NCBI GenBank assembly: GCA_964365915.1
Contig: CAYIRJ010000004.1
Location: 1 to 47,359 of the forward strand
Reading direction: 5' to 3'
Length of the DNA: 47,359 nucleotides
Source: Candidatus Woesearchaeota archaeon
Lineage (GTDB): Archaea; Nanobdellota; Nanobdellia; SCGC-AAA011-G17; DATDVL01
In this document: positions 1-9,652 of the stretch, piece by piece
How the letters are laid out: each line of letters starts with the position of its first letter
Numbering within the stretch: position 1 is the stretch's first letter
Translations under genes and position numbers: made by a program
Notes under the pieces: model-generated
Told to the model about the DNA's origin: nothing
The model's input: the letters and a program-made list of their open reading frames with translations, nothing else
The model's database searches: none

Positions 1-129
1 AGGAACTTTATTAAAGTGCTTGCTCATTTTATCAGATCAATGAAAAAATCAGTGAAGATAGTTTCAATAGATTTTCAGAAAGAATTTGATGAACATATGC
101 CCAGCAAGCTCAATAACAGGCTCCTCTGA
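1..129 (+). CDS. possible 3' end of a CDS cut by the window edge
   Basis: Frame 1 is open from nt 1 to TGA at 127-129 (..RNFIKVLAHFIRSMKKSVKIVSIDFQKEFDEHMPSKLNNRLL*). No family recognised. Confidence 0.2.
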   Translation, partial: RNFIKVLAHFIRSMKKSVKIVSIDFQKEFDEHMPSKLNNRLL

Positions 130-468
130 TGGATACCATATTAAAATGCCTTTAAAAACCTAGATTATTCCCTTCTGGTTAATATCCTGCAGTTTTGCTG
201 TGACTAGGTGATTTATTCTATGGAGTTATTTAAATTCGTTGATTACTAAAAAATTTATTGCCTGCAATAGTTGTATTGATTTTTCAGTATCTATATAAAT
301 AAGCTCCCCTTCTCATAGAATTGTGTATGTGGATTGGAAATAGGTAGAATTCTCTTCTGTAGAAAGTTTTATAAATAGTCATTTTCTTTTTTGTTTCATG
401 CTCCTCCTTGCTTCATCTTATTCATTATAATGCAATAGTAAGATGACTGTAAGCAGGCAGCAGACCAT

Positions 469-565
469 GCCCTAGTCGTCTAGTGGTTAGGATACAGCCC
501 TGTCATGGGCATGCAGATCGGTCCAAAGAAAGGCTGTGGCGCGAGTCCGATTCTCGCCTAGGGCG
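469..565 (+). tRNA. tRNA-Asp(GUC) with a 25-nt canonical 37/38 intron (506-530)
   Basis: Acceptor GCCCTAG (469-475) pairs with CTAGGGC (558-564); discriminator G. D-loop is AGTGGTTA. Anticodon stem CAGCC (495-499) pairs with GGCTG (532-536); loop CT-GTC-A. BHB geometry is present: 3-nt bulges 504-506 and 529-531 flank a 4-bp helix with one G.A mismatch, and the outer helix is GGGC/GTCC. T-loop is TCCGATT (C at position 55, unusual). No encoded CCA. Confidence 0.85.
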
Positions 566-567
566 TT

Positions 568-669
568 GGGCCGGTAGCTCAGCTTGGTAGAGCATTTGCC
601 TTTTATCAAGCAAGCATATCCTGCTTCAAAGCAAGCAAGTGGTCATGGGTTCAAATCCCATCCGGCCCG
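568..669 (+). tRNA. tRNA-Lys(UUU) with a 28-nt canonical 37/38 intron (606-633)
   Basis: Acceptor GGGCCGG (568-574) pairs with CCGGCCC (662-668); discriminator G. D-arm is GCTC-AGCTTGGTA-GAGC. Anticodon stem TTTGC (595-599) pairs with GCAAG (635-639); loop CT-TTT-A. The central BHB helix CTTT/AAAG is perfect. T-arm is ATGGG-TTCAAAT-CCCAT. It lies 2 nt after tRNA-Asp. Confidence 0.9.
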
Positions 670-684
670 TTCAACTCGAGAGCA

Positions 685-927
685 ATGGCTGAAGACACCT
701 TCGACATCCGCGAACACACCCTTGTGCCAAAACACGAGCGATTGAGTGAGGAGGCTGCGCAGCAGCTCTTGCAGAGTTATCACATTGAAAGAAAGCATCT
801 GCCAAAGATTTCTGTTAAGGATCCCTCTATCAAACATCTTGAACCCAAAGAAGGAGACATCATTAAAATCACAAGAATAAGCCCGACTGCGGGGAAAATA
901 TTTTTTTATCGTGCGGTGATGGAATGA
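685..927 (+). CDS. rpoH: DNA-directed RNA polymerase subunit H (Rpo5)
   Basis: 80 aa. HTLVPKHERLSEEAAQQLLQSY..LPKISVKDP..GDIIKITRISPTAGKIFFYRAV matches the RpoH/Rpb5 C-terminal pattern. ATGA overlap with rpoB''. Confidence 0.93.
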   Translation: MAEDTFDIREHTLVPKHERLSEEAAQQLLQSYHIERKHLPKISVKDPSIKHLEPKEGDIIKITRISPTAGKIFFYRAVME

Positions 928-2405
928 AGAACGATTTATTAATCCAACGCTACTTTGAAGAACACAGTTTAATAGCAAGCAATATCCAGAGCTTTGACCA
1001 TTTTGTAGAAAAAGGCATGCAGGATATTATCAAGGAACTGCAGGATGTGGTGCCTACTATTATTCCTCAGGACATTGATGATTTCAGGATTCGTTTGGAC
1101 AAAGTTTGGGTGGAAAAGCCCAACCTTGTGGAAGCTGATGGAAGCAAACGCAACATCTTACCTATTGAAGCGCGGCTCAGGAACTTAACCTATTCTGCTC
1201 CTATCTATCTAGAAGTGTCTGCGCATATCAATGGTGTGCAGAAGGAAAGTTTTACCACACAGATTGGAAAGCTTCCTATCATGCTGAAGAGCAAGTACTG
1301 CCATCTGCATGGATTGAAACGAGATGATTTAATTAAGAACGGGGAAGATCCGCAGGATCCTGGAGGGTACTTTATTTTGAATGGCAATGAACGCGTGCTC
1401 ATTACTGTAGAAGACTTGGCGAGCAACAAGCTGTTTGTGGAGCAGCCGAGCAGCGGCACTGCCAAGTTTATTGGAAGAATCTTCTCAGAAAAAGGAAGCT
1501 ATAGGATTCCACACCTCATCGAGCAGATGAAGGATGGGATCATCACTGTTTCTTTTACGCGATTCACAAGAATTTCCGTGGTTGCGCTGATCAAGGCATT
1601 AGGAGTAACCAAGGATGTTGAAATCGTGAACTACATCGGAGAGGGGCATCAGTATGATGATGTGTACATCAATTTGTACGACATGGTGTATTTGAAAACC
1701 CAGCGGGATGCGCTTGATTACATTGCCAAGAAGGCGGGCATGGTGAACCAGCAGGAAGAGGATTATGTGAAAGTGCTGGATAACTTAGACAAATACTTGT
1801 TGCCGCACATTGGGACCACAGAAAAGGACAGAGTGTATAAAGCGTACAACCTCTGCAAGCTGCTGAAGCGCTTTTTGATTACTACGAAGCAGGACATGGA
1901 AAATCAGGACAAAGACCATTACATGAACAAACGGTTGAAACTGTCTGGAGATCTGCTTGCTGATCTTTTTAGGGTGAATATGCGTGCTTTGGTGAATGAT
2001 ATTCTCTACAACTTCCAAAGGCTGGTCAAGCGCGGCAAGTTTAGTAGCATCAAGATTATCATCAGGGATAAATTATTGACGAGTAGGGTGAAAAGTGCGA
2101 TGGCAACCGGAACATGGGTGGGAGGAAGGAAAGGCATTAGCCAGAACATGGACAGGACGAACTTCCTTGCCACATTAAGCCATCTGCAACGCGTGGTTTC
2201 CTTACTGAGTTCAAGTCAGGAAAACTTTAAAGCAAGAAGCTTGCATCCTACGAATTACTCGCGATTGTGTCCGATTGAGACTCCGGAAGGAACGCCCATC
2301 GGATTAAGAAAAAATTTAGCCATGCTTGCTTCCATAACGCAGGAAGAATATTCGGAAGAAAAAGTACGCAAGGTCTTGGAAGGCCTGGGACTGCACCATG
2401 ACTGA
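924..2405 (+). CDS. rpoB2: RNA polymerase subunit B'' (N-terminal part of split subunit B)
   Basis: 493 aa, ending ..LHPTNYSRLCPIETPEGTPIGLRKNLA. Position and size are typical of split archaeal B''. Confidence 0.95.
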   Translation: MKNDLLIQRYFEEHSLIASNIQSFDHFVEKGMQDIIKELQDVVPTIIPQDIDDFRIRLDKVWVEKPNLVEADGSKRNILPIEARLRNLTYSAPIYLEVSAHINGVQKESFTTQIGKLPIMLKSKYCHLHGLKRDDLIKNGEDPQDPGGYFILNGNERVLITVEDLASNKLFVEQPSSGTAKFIGRIFSEKGSYRIPHLIEQMKDGIITVSFTRFTRISVVALIKALGVTKDVEIVNYIGEGHQYDDVYINLYDMVYLKTQRDALDYIAKKAGMVNQQEEDYVKVLDNLDKYLLPHIGTTEKDRVYKAYNLCKLLKRFLITTKQDMENQDKDHYMNKRLKLSGDLLADLFRVNMRALVNDILYNFQRLVKRGKFSSIKIIIRDKLLTSRVKSAMATGTWVGGRKGISQNMDRTNFLATLSHLQRVVSLLSSSQENFKARSLHPTNYSRLCPIETPEGTPIGLRKNLAMLASITQEEYSEEKVRKVLEGLGLHHD

Positions 2406-4200
2406 CGTCTTCATGGATGAGCGCTTTATCGGAACAGTGGACAATGTGCAGAAGTTTACTGAGCAGGTCAAGGAAGAGCGGAAAAGCGGAAAACTTCCCA
2501 GTACTCTGAATCTTTATTACAATGATCGGCATGACGAGCTGCATGTTGAGCTTTCCAAAGGAAGAGTGAGAAGGCCGTTGATTGTTGTGAAGAACGGCAA
2601 GAGCTTGTTCACTGAAGAGATTTACCAGCAAGTACAAGCAAAAAAGATGGGATGGAAGGAACTGGTGAGCCAGGGTATTATTGAATATCTTGATGCGGCT
2701 GAAGAAGAAAATACGTATGTTGCACTCTATGAAGAGGATCTTACTCCCGAGCATACCCATCTTGAAATCTCTCCTACCATCATGTTTGGCATTACTACCA
2801 GTTTGGTGCCTTATGCGAATTTTGGTCAGTCTACACGACTCAACAGAGGAAGCAAAACTCAGAAACAATCATTGGGATTGTATGCCTTGAACTATTTATT
2901 GCGCATGGACACTGATGTTTCTATCTTGCAGTATCCCCAGCAGCCTATTGTCAGAACGTTCATGCATGAAATTTCTGGGTACAATCATCATCCTGCAGGG
3001 CAAAATATTACCATTGCGCTCATGAGCTATGAAGGATATAATATGAGCGATGCGATTATTTTGAACAAGGGCAGTGTGGAGCGAGGATTGGCGCGCAGTT
3101 TTTACTTTAGACCGTACAATGCAGAGGAACTGAGATACTCTGGAGGATTGGTGGATGAAATTGGCATTCCTGACAAGGAAACCAAAGGATACCGCAGCGA
3201 AAAAGACTATCGATTCCTGGAAGATGATGGCATTATCTACCCTGAGCAGCGCGTGAGACCTGAGGACATTCTGATTGGAAAAACCAGCCCTCCGAGATTC
3301 CTAGGAGAGATGGAAGAGTTTAGCATCGCAGCAAGCACACGGAGAGAGAGCTCGGTTGCAGTCAAGCAGGGAGAGGAAGGGGTTGTTGACTTTGTCGTTA
3401 TTACTGAAAACGAGGAAGGCAACAAGATCATCCAAGTACGATTACGTGAACAACGCATTCCTGAAATTGGAGATAAATTCGCATCACGCTACGGGCAAAA
3501 AGGAGTGATTGGCATGATTGTGCCGCAAGCTGACATGCCCTTCTCGGTTTCTGGCATTGTTCCTGATTTGATTTTCTCTCCGCACTCGGTTCCCAGCAGA
3601 ATGACTGTAAGCCATCTGATTGAAGTAATAGGAGGAAAGATGGGAGCGCTCACCGGGCGGTACATTGATGGTACGACTTTCAATTCTGAGCCTGAAGTTA
3701 ACATCCGCAGCATGCTAGGAGAGATGGGATTCAGGGAAAACGGTACTGAGCGCATGATTAACGGCATTACAGGAGAGGAATTTGAAGTCACGATCTACAC
3801 AGGAAATATGTTTTATCTGCGTTTAAAACACATGGTTGCGAACAAGCTGCATGCGCGGGCATCAGGAAGAATCCAGCTCCTGACCCGGCAGCCGGTGGAA
3901 GGAAGAAGCAAAGGCGGAGGGTTGCGCTTGGGAGAAATGGAAAAAGACTGCTTTGTCGCGCATGGCGCGAGCTTACTGCTGAAAGAACGCTTTGACTCTG
4001 ACAAGACCATTGTGCATATCTGCGAAGAATGCGGCATGCTTGCAGTCTATGACAGCTTCAGGAACAGAAAATTCTGTGTGAAAGATGGAAGCAATGTGGA
4101 AATTACCCCCATTGAAATCAGTTATGCATTCAAATTGCTGCTCGACGAATTGAAATCCATGGGTATTGCACCGAGGTTGCGCCTGAAAAGCAAATACTAA
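2398..4200 (+). CDS. rpoB1: RNA polymerase subunit B' (C-terminal part of split subunit B)
   Basis: 600 aa. Conserved blocks GDKFASRYGQKGV, PHSVPSRMTV, GGLRLGEMEKDC and a C-terminal Zn ribbon (CEECG). Confidence 0.95.
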   Translation: MTDVFMDERFIGTVDNVQKFTEQVKEERKSGKLPSTLNLYYNDRHDELHVELSKGRVRRPLIVVKNGKSLFTEEIYQQVQAKKMGWKELVSQGIIEYLDAAEEENTYVALYEEDLTPEHTHLEISPTIMFGITTSLVPYANFGQSTRLNRGSKTQKQSLGLYALNYLLRMDTDVSILQYPQQPIVRTFMHEISGYNHHPAGQNITIALMSYEGYNMSDAIILNKGSVERGLARSFYFRPYNAEELRYSGGLVDEIGIPDKETKGYRSEKDYRFLEDDGIIYPEQRVRPEDILIGKTSPPRFLGEMEEFSIAASTRRESSVAVKQGEEGVVDFVVITENEEGNKIIQVRLREQRIPEIGDKFASRYGQKGVIGMIVPQADMPFSVSGIVPDLIFSPHSVPSRMTVSHLIEVIGGKMGALTGRYIDGTTFNSEPEVNIRSMLGEMGFRENGTERMINGITGEEFEVTIYTGNMFYLRLKHMVANKLHARASGRIQLLTRQPVEGRSKGGGLRLGEMEKDCFVAHGASLLLKERFDSDKTIVHICEECGMLAVYDSFRNRKFCVKDGSNVEITPIEISYAFKLLLDELKSMGIAPRLRLKSKY

Positions 4201-4201
4201 C

Positions 4202-6811
4202 ATGGCAGAGGACTACGTTTACAAATATGTGGACCAGATCCAGTTTGGACTGTTAAGCCCGGAAGAGATCCAGAAAATGAGTGCAGTAAAAGTTGTGACG
4301 CCTGAGCTGTATGACAATGAAGGATACCCTGTGGATGGAGGATTGATGGATATTCGCCTGGGGGTGATTGATCCTGGCTTACGATGCAAGACTTGTGGAG
4401 GGAAACTCAAGGAATGCATGGGGCACTTTGGCTATATTGACTTGGCACGGCCTGTTATTCATATCAAGTACATCAAGATGCTTCTGGATTGCTTGCGGTC
4501 TTCCTGCAGAGAGTGTGGGAAATTATTGCTGCAAGATAAGGACATGGAGAAATGGGGTCATCGCTTAACAAAATCACAGGCAGAAGGGGGAGAAGATGCA
4601 CGCAGGGATGTGGTGAGTTCAGTCATTACTAGTGTGAAGAATATCAGAAAATGTCCGCACTGTAAGGCGAAACAATATAGTATCAAGATCGAGAAACCCA
4701 GCACCTTTATGGAAAATGACAGAAGATTGACTCCTATTGAGATCAGGACAAGGCTAGAACGCATTCCTGATGATGCACTAGTGTATCTGGGATTACAATC
4801 GAAATCTGCACGCCCTGAATGGGCAGTGATGAGTATTTTGAATATTCCTCCCGTAACCATGCGGCCGAGTATTACTTTGGAAACAGGAGAACGGAGCGAG
4901 GATGATTTGACGCACAAGTTGGGAGATGTGGTCAGGATCAACCAGCGGTTATTTGAGAACATCAATGCAGGCGCTCCTGAAATCATTGTGGAGGACTTGT
5001 GGGACTTACTGCAGTACCATGTGACAACCTACTTGGATAATACCATCAGCCAGGTTCCTCCTGCACGGCACAGAAGCGGACAGGCATTGAAAACCTTAAC
5101 CGAGCGCATCAAGAGCAAGGAAGGAAGATTCCGCCATAATCTCGCAGGGAAGCGCGTTAACTATGCTGCACGCACAGTCATCAGTCCTGATCCGAAAATC
5201 AAGTTCAATGAAGTGGGCATCCCCCAGCGGGTAGCAATGGAACTGACGGTTCCTGAGCGAGTGAATGTCTGGAATATTGCATTGCTGAAGGAACTGATTG
5301 AGCGCGGTCCTGAAGTGTATCCGGGAGCGAACTATGTCATTAGACATGACGGCAAGAAAAAACAGATTACTGAAGAAACACGAGAAGTGATTCTTGCGGA
5401 ATTGGGACCGGGCATGATTGTGGAACGGCATCTTGTGGATGGGGACATTGCTTTATTCAACCGGCAACCGAGCTTGCATAGGATGAGCATCATGTGCCAT
5501 CGCATTCGCGTACTTCCGGGAAAAAGTTTTCGGTTGAATCCGAGCGTGTGCAATGCGTTCAATGCAGACTTTGATGGAGATGAGATGAACTTGCACGTTC
5601 CGCAGACTGAGGAAGCGCGTGCAGAAGCAGAAATCCTGATGGAAGTGCAGACCCAGCTCATTACTCCGAAGCATGGCTATAATGTCATGGGATGTGTGGA
5701 AGATGCAGTTACCGGACTCTACTTGCTGACGAAGGGGGAGGGCATGCCATTTTCCAAAGAGGAGGCTGTACAACTGTTTGTTAGCATTGGTATTGAAGAT
5801 CCTAAGATCACCCGACAAAAAGTTAATGGAAAGGAATTGTTCAGCATGCTGCTGCCGAAGGATTTTACCTATGAAGGACTTGCCAAAGGTGTGCCGAAAG
5901 ATGCGGAATTAAAAAGAGGAGATGATGGCTTGGTTATTATTGAAAACGGGCAACTGGTGAGCGGCGTCATTGATGCCAATGCTGTCGGAGAAGAACGCGG
6001 AAAAATGATCATGGAATTTTATCGGCGCTATGGCCCGGTAACCACCATCGAATTTTTAGGGAACATCTTCAGGCTGGGGATTAAGGTCTTGCTGAAGCGC
6101 GGGTTTACGATCAGCATTGACGACATCGACATTACTGAGGAAGTGCAAGAGAAAATTACTACATCACTTAGCCAAGGGGATAAGGACGTGGATGAACTGG
6201 TCAAAGAATACCATGCAGGCAAGATGGAAACGCTGCCAGGAAGAACCCTTGCAGAAACTTTAGAAATCAAAACCTTAGGAGTCCTGAACAAGATCCGCGA
6301 CAAAATCGGACAATATGTTGCACAAAACACGCGTCCAAAAAATTCTGCGGTGATCATGGCAAAATCAGGTGCCAAAGGAAAAATTTTGAACCTTGCCCAG
6401 ATGTCAGGGTGCGTCGGGCAGCAGGCACTGATGGGACACCGCATTACTACGGGATACAAAGGAAGAACTTTGAGCATGTTCAAAAAGCACGATTTGTCTG
6501 CAAATGCGCACGGATTTGTGAAGAGCAGCTTCAAAAGAGGATTAAATCCTTACGAGTTTTTCTTCCATGCCATGACCGGAAGAGATGGATTAATGGATAC
6601 TGCACTGCGCACTCCTAAGTCTGGTTATCTTTATCGAAGGCTGGCAAATGCATTGCAAGACATGAAAGTGGAGTATGACAACAGTATCCGAGATGCCAAC
6701 AAGAACATCGTGCAGTTTGCCTATGGTGAAGACGGACTTGAAGTCAGCAAAACTTGGGGAGGCAATCTCAACATCAAGCGCATTGTGAAGAGTGTCAAAC
6801 ATGAAAGATAA
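4202..6811 (+). CDS. rpoA1: RNA polymerase subunit A'
   Basis: 869 aa. Zn motif CKTCGGKLKECMGHFG and catalytic NADFDGDEMNLHVPQ. Confidence 0.96.
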   Translation: MAEDYVYKYVDQIQFGLLSPEEIQKMSAVKVVTPELYDNEGYPVDGGLMDIRLGVIDPGLRCKTCGGKLKECMGHFGYIDLARPVIHIKYIKMLLDCLRSSCRECGKLLLQDKDMEKWGHRLTKSQAEGGEDARRDVVSSVITSVKNIRKCPHCKAKQYSIKIEKPSTFMENDRRLTPIEIRTRLERIPDDALVYLGLQSKSARPEWAVMSILNIPPVTMRPSITLETGERSEDDLTHKLGDVVRINQRLFENINAGAPEIIVEDLWDLLQYHVTTYLDNTISQVPPARHRSGQALKTLTERIKSKEGRFRHNLAGKRVNYAARTVISPDPKIKFNEVGIPQRVAMELTVPERVNVWNIALLKELIERGPEVYPGANYVIRHDGKKKQITEETREVILAELGPGMIVERHLVDGDIALFNRQPSLHRMSIMCHRIRVLPGKSFRLNPSVCNAFNADFDGDEMNLHVPQTEEARAEAEILMEVQTQLITPKHGYNVMGCVEDAVTGLYLLTKGEGMPFSKEEAVQLFVSIGIEDPKITRQKVNGKELFSMLLPKDFTYEGLAKGVPKDAELKRGDDGLVIIENGQLVSGVIDANAVGEERGKMIMEFYRRYGPVTTIEFLGNIFRLGIKVLLKRGFTISIDDIDITEEVQEKITTSLSQGDKDVDELVKEYHAGKMETLPGRTLAETLEIKTLGVLNKIRDKIGQYVAQNTRPKNSAVIMAKSGAKGKILNLAQMSGCVGQQALMGHRITTGYKGRTLSMFKKHDLSANAHGFVKSSFKRGLNPYEFFFHAMTGRDGLMDTALRTPKSGYLYRRLANALQDMKVEYDNSIRDANKNIVQFAYGEDGLEVSKTWGGNLNIKRIVKSVKHER

Positions 6812-9398
6812 CGCAATTGATTTTGCAGCAGCACTGCCGAAAAAAATTTTGGATGAGTTTGAAGAGCTGGCAGCAGCAGAAAAATTAACGCAGAAACAGA
6901 AACAGGAAGCACTGGCACTGCTGCATGAAGAATATCAGAACAGCAAGATCAGCCCTGGGGAGGCGATTGGGATCATCACTGCAGAGAGCTTTGGCGAACC
7001 AGGGACTCAAATGTCACTATTTTTTAGTAACAAAATAATTGTGAAAATAAACAACAATAAAATATTTACGGTAAAAATTGGACCGTTTGTTGATATGTTA
7101 ATGAAGATGAAAGGATCATTTAAACTCAACGATCATTCAGAAATTCTTCCTTTACATGATTTTGAAATTTATGTTCCTAGTTTAAATCAAGAAGAAAAGA
7201 TAGAATGGAAACGCGTGATTGAATGTAGTAGGCATATCACAAACAAAAAACTTATGAGAATTACTACTGCTTCTGGTAGGTCTGTTACCTGTACTGATAA
7301 TCACTCTTTTGTAAATCGTATTCATAATAAGATTACTCCAATAAAAGGGACAGAATTGCAAATTGGAAATAGAATTCCCGTTATTAATTCATTTGTGAAT
7401 CCCTTACCGATGCAAGAATTATCTATCAAAAACCACATCATCGATAATGAAGGAATAGTTGAAGAAAAAGGCGTACTTTCCAAACCAGGAACTAATGCTA
7501 AATCTATGAATGGAAGTTTACCATTAAATGAATCTACTGGATGGTTTATTGGTGCATATCTTGCAGAAGGCAATGGAGGAAAATACCACGCTTCTCTTTC
7601 CAATGTAAATGATAATTACATCAATAACGGTAAACGCTTCGCTGATTCTCTAGGTATTGAACCTGTCGACAGATTTTATATTGGAGAATATGGTCCAGGT
7701 AGATCATTAACATTACATTCTGGATTTTTAGGTAGTTTCATTATAACTCATTGTGGGCAAGGTTCAGATTTCAAAAAAGTCCCTTACTTTGCTTATTCTG
7801 CATCTGATGCGTTCATCTCTGGATTGCTGAGAGGCTACTTTGATGGCGATGGGAATTTCCATGTGGATAGAAAGATGATTCGCTGCTCTTCCAATTCCAA
7901 AGAATTAATAGATGGCATTGCCTTGCTGTTGTCACGATTCAGAATATTTTCCTTTAAAGTACAAGATAAGAAAGGGCAGCACTGGCTCTTGATTCCCTAT
8001 AAGTATGCTCCTTTATTCTTGCAGCACATTGGAAGCGATATTGATTACAAACGTGCTAGCCTCGAAACTTTAGCAGAAAAAGCCAAACGCTTCTGGAATT
8101 CGAGAAGCCAAGATTATACAGACATGATTTCAGGATTTGGAGAACTTTTCAGGAATACTGCAAAGAAGGTTGGCTATCCTACGCGTTACGTCAATAACTT
8201 TACGAACCGCCAAAAAATTGGAAGAACTGCCCTCTTCCGATACATGAAACTCTTTGAACATCTTGCCAAGGAAAAAAACATAGACATTAAGGATGAGCTT
8301 GCTATCATGCAGCGCATGTCTTCCTCTGATGTGGTGTGGGATGAGATTGTAAAGATTGAATATGTCGATAATGACAAGCCTGTTTATGACCTCAGCGTGC
8401 CAGGATTAGAAACATTCACGACAGCAGATGGCATTATCACCCATAACACTTTGAATGTTTTTCACTTTGCAGGCGTCGCGGAAGTGGCAGTGACCCAAGG
8501 ATTGCCCAGGCTTATTGAACTGTTTGATGCCAGAAAAGAAATCAAGACTCCTTTAATGGAAATTTATCTGGACAAGGATATTGCCAAGGATCCTGAAAAA
8601 GTGAGGAAGATGGCTGCACAAATCAGGGAAACCCGTGTCGAGGAAGTGGTCAGTGATTTTTCCATTGATGTTGCACGGCTGCAGATTGCATTGGTGCTGG
8701 ACAAACAGAAGATGAGAAACCTTTCCATTACCAACAATCAGCTAATGAAAGCACTGGAACAGGACATTAAAACTGCCTCGATCAAGGATGAAGGAGATAG
8801 CATTGTACTGAAAACTAAGGTAAAGGAAAATGAGCTGATGGAAACGTACAAGCTGAAGGAAAAAACAAAAACAGTGTTTGTCCGGGGAGTTGCGGGCATC
8901 ACCCAAGTATTGCCAGTGAAGGCAGGCAACGAGTTCATTATCCTTGCAGCAGGGTCGAATCTGAAGGAAGTGTTCGCACTGAAAGGAGTGGATGCTGCAC
9001 GTACGACTACGAACGACATCTTTGAAGTGCAAAAAGTGCTGGGTATTGAGGCAGCACGGCAGACCATCATTAACGAGGCGAAAAAAGTGATTGAGGACCA
9101 AGGACTGGAAGTGGATGTCCGTCATATTTTGTTTATTGCAGATGCCATGACTGCAACAGGAGTAGTAAAAGGGATTACTCGATCAGGCATTACTGGAGAG
9201 AAGGAAAGCGTGCTTGCCCGGGCCAGCTTTGAAACCCCTATTGAACACTTGGTGGATGCCTCGCTGGTGGGAGAAGTAGACTATTTGAATTCCGTCATTG
9301 AAAATGTGATGCTGAACCAGATTGTTCCTTTGGGAACAGGATTGCCTGACCTCAGGGCAGTGACCCAAACTGAGGACAAGGAAAAGAAGGAAGCATGA
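6792..9398 (+). CDS. rpoA2: RNA polymerase subunit A'' interrupted by an intein (390-aa extein plus 478-aa intein)
   Basis: The conserved A'' string GEPGTQM|TLNVFHFAGVAE is split by 478 aa. The ORF-track start at 6792 is GTG. ATG at 6801 is the alternative start. The gene overlaps the rpoA' stop (6809-6811). Confidence 0.93.
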   Translation: MSNMKDNAIDFAAALPKKILDEFEELAAAEKLTQKQKQEALALLHEEYQNSKISPGEAIGIITAESFGEPGTQMSLFFSNKIIVKINNNKIFTVKIGPFVDMLMKMKGSFKLNDHSEILPLHDFEIYVPSLNQEEKIEWKRVIECSRHITNKKLMRITTASGRSVTCTDNHSFVNRIHNKITPIKGTELQIGNRIPVINSFVNPLPMQELSIKNHIIDNEGIVEEKGVLSKPGTNAKSMNGSLPLNESTGWFIGAYLAEGNGGKYHASLSNVNDNYINNGKRFADSLGIEPVDRFYIGEYGPGRSLTLHSGFLGSFIITHCGQGSDFKKVPYFAYSASDAFISGLLRGYFDGDGNFHVDRKMIRCSSNSKELIDGIALLLSRFRIFSFKVQDKKGQHWLLIPYKYAPLFLQHIGSDIDYKRASLETLAEKAKRFWNSRSQDYTDMISGFGELFRNTAKKVGYPTRYVNNFTNRQKIGRTALFRYMKLFEHLAKEKNIDIKDELAIMQRMSSSDVVWDEIVKIEYVDNDKPVYDLSVPGLETFTTADGIITHNTLNVFHFAGVAEVAVTQGLPRLIELFDARKEIKTPLMEIYLDKDIAKDPEKVRKMAAQIRETRVEEVVSDFSIDVARLQIALVLDKQKMRNLSITNNQLMKALEQDIKTASIKDEGDSIVLKTKVKENELMETYKLKEKTKTVFVRGVAGITQVLPVKAGNEFIILAAGSNLKEVFALKGVDAARTTTNDIFEVQKVLGIEAARQTIINEAKKVIEDQGLEVDVRHILFIADAMTATGVVKGITRSGITGEKESVLARASFETPIEHLVDASLVGEVDYLNSVIENVMLNQIVPLGTGLPDLRAVTQTEDKEKKEA
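7014..8447 (+). mobile_element. Intein with LAGLIDADG homing endonuclease, in frame in rpoA''
   Basis: Starts at Ser (TCA 7014) right after GEPGTQM. Ends ..VYDLSVPGLETFTTADGIITHN (AAC 8445-8447), followed by Thr+1. Block B is TCTDNHSF. Two LAGLIDADG motifs: GWFIGAYLAEGNG and LLRGYFDGDGNF. The 5' part is very AT-rich (10/60 G+C at 7021-7080, against 30/60 at 6961-7020). Confidence 0.9.
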
Positions 9399-9649
9399 GT
9401 CTGGATGCACTGCGCAAAGCATTGAAGGAAAAAACCTTAGTCTATGGAAGTGATGCTACTTTGCGTAATCTCCGGCTGGGAAAAACGAAAACTATTTTCC
9501 TGGCGAAAAACTGCCCTGCTCTGGTGAAAGAAAGCATCCAAAGATACTCGCGGATAGCTGATGTCATGATTTATGCATTGGACGAGCCGAGCGACGAGCT
9601 TTCTCTTATCTGCAAGAAGAAATTCAATGTTGCGGTCGTGAGCTATTAA
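9395..9649 (+). CDS. rpl30e: 50S ribosomal protein L30e
   Basis: 84 aa, pattern ..LRNLRLGKTKTIFLAKNCP...Y..IADVMIYALDEPSDELSLICKKKFNVAVVSY. In the canonical position after rpoA''. Confidence 0.85.
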   Translation: MSLDALRKALKEKTLVYGSDATLRNLRLGKTKTIFLAKNCPALVKESIQRYSRIADVMIYALDEPSDELSLICKKKFNVAVVSY

Positions 9650-9652
9650 ACC

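Noticed and set aside
130-468. A 340-nt AT-rich non-coding stretch upstream of the tRNAs, considered as a replication origin or ncRNA locus.
   Set aside because: I could not find ORB-like inverted repeats or any repeated element beyond a short TAGAATT duplication. It is more likely a promoter or spacer region.
1205-9422. Many 60-200-aa ORFs antisense or out of frame within rpoB'', rpoB', rpoA' and rpoA'' (for example 2248-2868, 4558-4986, 6028-6534, 8742-9125).
   Set aside because: They lie entirely inside strongly supported conserved genes, have odd composition (Cys/Ser/Phe-rich) and lack promoter or RBS context. They are shadow ORFs.
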